64,000 bases of DNA from Dictyostelium discoideum (Eukaryota): NCBI GenBank assembly GCA_000004695.1, contig CM000151.3, positions 1,344,001 through 1,408,000 of the forward strand. The letters run 5' to 3'. The notes under the pieces are model-generated. The model was given only the letters and a program-made list of their open reading frames with translations. It was not told the origin of the DNA and did no database searches. A program made the position numbers and the translations under genes. Shown here piece by piece: positions 61,963-64,000 of this stretch (position 1 is the first letter of the stretch; every line of letters starts with the position of its first letter).

Positions 61963-64000
61963 ATGAATAAATTAATTAGTAGGTCTATATTTAACAAAAC
62001 AAATGAAAGATCCACATTATCTTTATTTCAATCGTTAAATTATTATTATAAAAGAGATTTCACATCTGAAATTAATAAAACCAATAATAATTTCGACAAT
62101 TGTCAAAATAACGAAGAAGGTTACAATGTCATTAATAATAATAAAAAAAATAAAAACAATAGTAATAATAACAATGTAGAATATAATGAAAATGATAATA
62201 GTAATAATAATAATAATAATAATAAAAATGAAATTAATAATAATGAAATTGATTTTGATTGGTCAATGAAAGCTAAAAAAAAAATTAAAAAAAGTGTATT
62301 AACTGGTGAAGATAGATTAGATAAAAAAACAAAAGATTTAAAATATTTAAATTCAATTGGTCTATTAGTCAAATTAAAATCAACTACAATATCAAATAAT
62401 GAAATATCAGATAATAGTAATAATAATAATTTAAAAGATAAAGAAAATGATGAAATTGAAACTATAGCTCTTATTGATGAAGATAATGAAATATCAACAA
62501 TTAAAAAGAAAAAAAAAATAAAGACTAATAAAAATAGTTATGATGATGATAATATTGACAATGAATCAAATGATTATACAACTACTATAATACAAAATGA
62601 AGATCATAATACTTTTAGTTCAACAACTACTACTACTAGAGGTAGTATAAAAAATAAAAGAAATAAATCATTAAAAAAAGAAGAAATTCAAAAACAACAT
62701 GAAGAAAATCAAGATAATAATCATGATAAAATATCAATTGAATACGATGAAAATGAATTAAAAAAAACATACAATTTAGATGAAAATGGTGATAATATTG
62801 TTGAAATGAGTCCCGCTTTTAAAAATAATAATTTATTAATAAAGAAATCTAAAAATAAAAAAACTAAACAATCAAATATTGACATTGACAATGACAATGA
62901 CAATGTTGATAACTATATTGACAATGATGATGATGATGAAACCATTGACAAACCTAAAAAATCAAAATCAAAATCAACAACTAAAAGTAAGAAAATAAAT
63001 GTAAAGAAACAAGATGATGAAAATGAAGAAGAGGAGGAGGATGAAGATGAAGAAAAAGAATTTAAAAGTATTGAAATTAGTAAATTAAAAAAAAAGAAAA
63101 AAGAAATTAAAGACGGAGAATATTTAAATATTAAAAATGTATATAAAGAATGGTTAGAATCACCAATTGTTATTAAATTATCAAATGATGATAGTTGTTT
63201 TACAAATTCTAAAATTAAAATTAATCCAAAATCATTTACAATTAAAAGTGATGATGACGATGATGGTAATGGTAATGGTAATGGTAATGGTAATGATAAT
63301 GATAAGAATAATTTAAAATTAAAGAGAGAATGGCATGAATTAGTTGAAACATGTAATAGAGATATATTTGGTAATAAAGAATTTAGAAATTTACAAATTG
63401 AAGCTATAAATTCAATTTTACATGATAGGGATACATTTGTAAGTTTACCAACTGGTGGCGGTAAGAGTTTGTGTTTTCAAATTCCATCAATCGTTGATCA
63501 TAGAGGTGTGACATTTGTAATATCACCATTGTTGGCATTGATGCAGGATCAAGTGCACAAATTGAAATCATTGGGTATTCCCGCAGAGTCAATCAATAGT
63601 TCGGGTAGTCAGCGTGAGAATAGGGATGTTTTAGACCAATTATTAAATGGTGAAACTTGTAAATTGAAATTAATTTATATTACACCTGAAAGATTGGCAC
63701 AATCTGAATTCTTGCATTTGTTAGACCAATTGTACGACCAAGGTAGGTTGAGAAGATTAGTGGTGGACGAAGCTCATTGTATCTCTGAATGGGGCCACAG
63801 TTTCAGGCCAAAGTACAGACTAATTTCCACATTTCGTGATCGATTCCCCTCTGTACCGATATCGGCATTCACTGCTAGTGCAACGCCAAATGTTGAAATT
63901 GATATTAAAAACTCACTAAAAATGGTTAACCCAATTACAATCAATTCAAGTTTTCTCCGACCAAATTTACTATACCAAGTTAGACAAAAGCAATCTGATG
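61963..64000 (+). CDS. RecQ-family DNA helicase, 5' part, running off the window end. It has an N-terminal low-complexity N/D/K/E-rich region of about 480 aa, then the helicase core.
   Basis: A continuous ATG-initiated open frame from 61963 was verified around 63450. The motifs are FRNLQIEAINSIL (motif 0), SLPTGGGKSLCFQIP (Walker A), LVVDEAHCISEWGHSFRPKY (DEAH box, motif II), and then FTASAT. The ORF track omits it only because it has no stop within the window. Confidence 0.85.
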   Translation, partial: MNKLISRSIFNKTNERSTLSLFQSLNYYYKRDFTSEINKTNNNFDNCQNNEEGYNVINNNKKNKNNSNNNNVEYNENDNSNNNNNNNKNEINNNEIDFDWSMKAKKKIKKSVLTGEDRLDKKTKDLKYLNSIGLLVKLKSTTISNNEISDNSNNNNLKDKENDEIETIALIDEDNEISTIKKKKKIKTNKNSYDDDNIDNESNDYTTTIIQNEDHNTFSSTTTTTRGSIKNKRNKSLKKEEIQKQHEENQDNNHDKISIEYDENELKKTYNLDENGDNIVEMSPAFKNNNLLIKKSKNKKTKQSNIDIDNDNDNVDNYIDNDDDDETIDKPKKSKSKSTTKSKKINVKKQDDENEEEEEDEDEEKEFKSIEISKLKKKKKEIKDGEYLNIKNVYKEWLESPIVIKLSNDDSCFTNSKIKINPKSFTIKSDDDDDGNGNGNGNGNDNDKNNLKLKREWHELVETCNRDIFGNKEFRNLQIEAINSILHDRDTFVSLPTGGGKSLCFQIPSIVDHRGVTFVISPLLALMQDQVHKLKSLGIPAESINSSGSQRENRDVLDQLLNGETCKLKLIYITPERLAQSEFLHLLDQLYDQGRLRRLVVDEAHCISEWGHSFRPKYRLISTFRDRFPSVPISAFTASATPNVEIDIKNSLKMVNPITINSSFLRPNLLYQVRQKQSD

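Noticed and set aside
63421-63450. GTAAGT inside the RecQ ORF (gatacatttgtaagtttacca), which could be mistaken for an intron donor.
   Set aside because: It lies in frame within the conserved helicase motif region (DTFVSLPTGGGKS). No acceptor is needed and the reading frame is continuous.

Overview
This 64 kb window reads as Dictyostelium discoideum nuclear DNA, gene-dense on both strands. It is extremely AT-rich between genes, and coding regions carry many (CAA)n and (AAT)n runs encoding polyQ/polyN. Introns are short and AT-rich with GTAAGT/GTATGT donors, and intergenic spacers are poly-A/T tracts. I can support about 24 protein-coding genes plus one tRNA gene.

Supported genes:
- the 3' end of a long coiled-coil gene
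- the huntingtin orthologue (3 exons, about 3039 aa)
- a PMP34/SLC25A17-type mitochondrial-carrier-family gene (4 exons)
- a RING-TRAF-MATH gene (2 exons)
- a tentative SRP9-like small gene
- a 1180-aa orphan ORF
- an N-myristoylated EF-hand gene (2 exons)
- a DH-PH RhoGEF
- ribosomal protein S23 (5 exons, including an 8-nt micro-exon)
- an HSD17B10-type short-chain dehydrogenase ending in -SKL
- the KDEL receptor (3 exons)
- the U5 snRNP factor PRP6 (2 exons)
- a 2020-aa LRR/FNIP-repeat protein
- two adjacent LURP-one-related (tubby-like) genes
- an 893-aa secreted/membrane glycoprotein
- a polyprenol/phytol-kinase-family membrane protein
- a kelch-repeat TKL protein kinase
- a PH-CUE-PX protein (3 exons)
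- the 5' part of a RecQ-family helicase
- a tRNA-Pro(UGG) gene with a downstream external B box, flanked by a repeat-rich, retroelement-like non-coding block and tandem flank repeats.

No prokaryote-type system is present. The unusual material is eukaryotic: a micro-exon, a peroxisomal PTS1 on an HSD17B10 orthologue, tRNA-associated repeat debris, a tandem intergenic duplication carrying an intron relic, palindromes and G/T-rich islands. All coordinates and splice sites are from manual reading; the ORF track calls GTG and TTG as starts, so several of its 'M' starts are not real ATGs.
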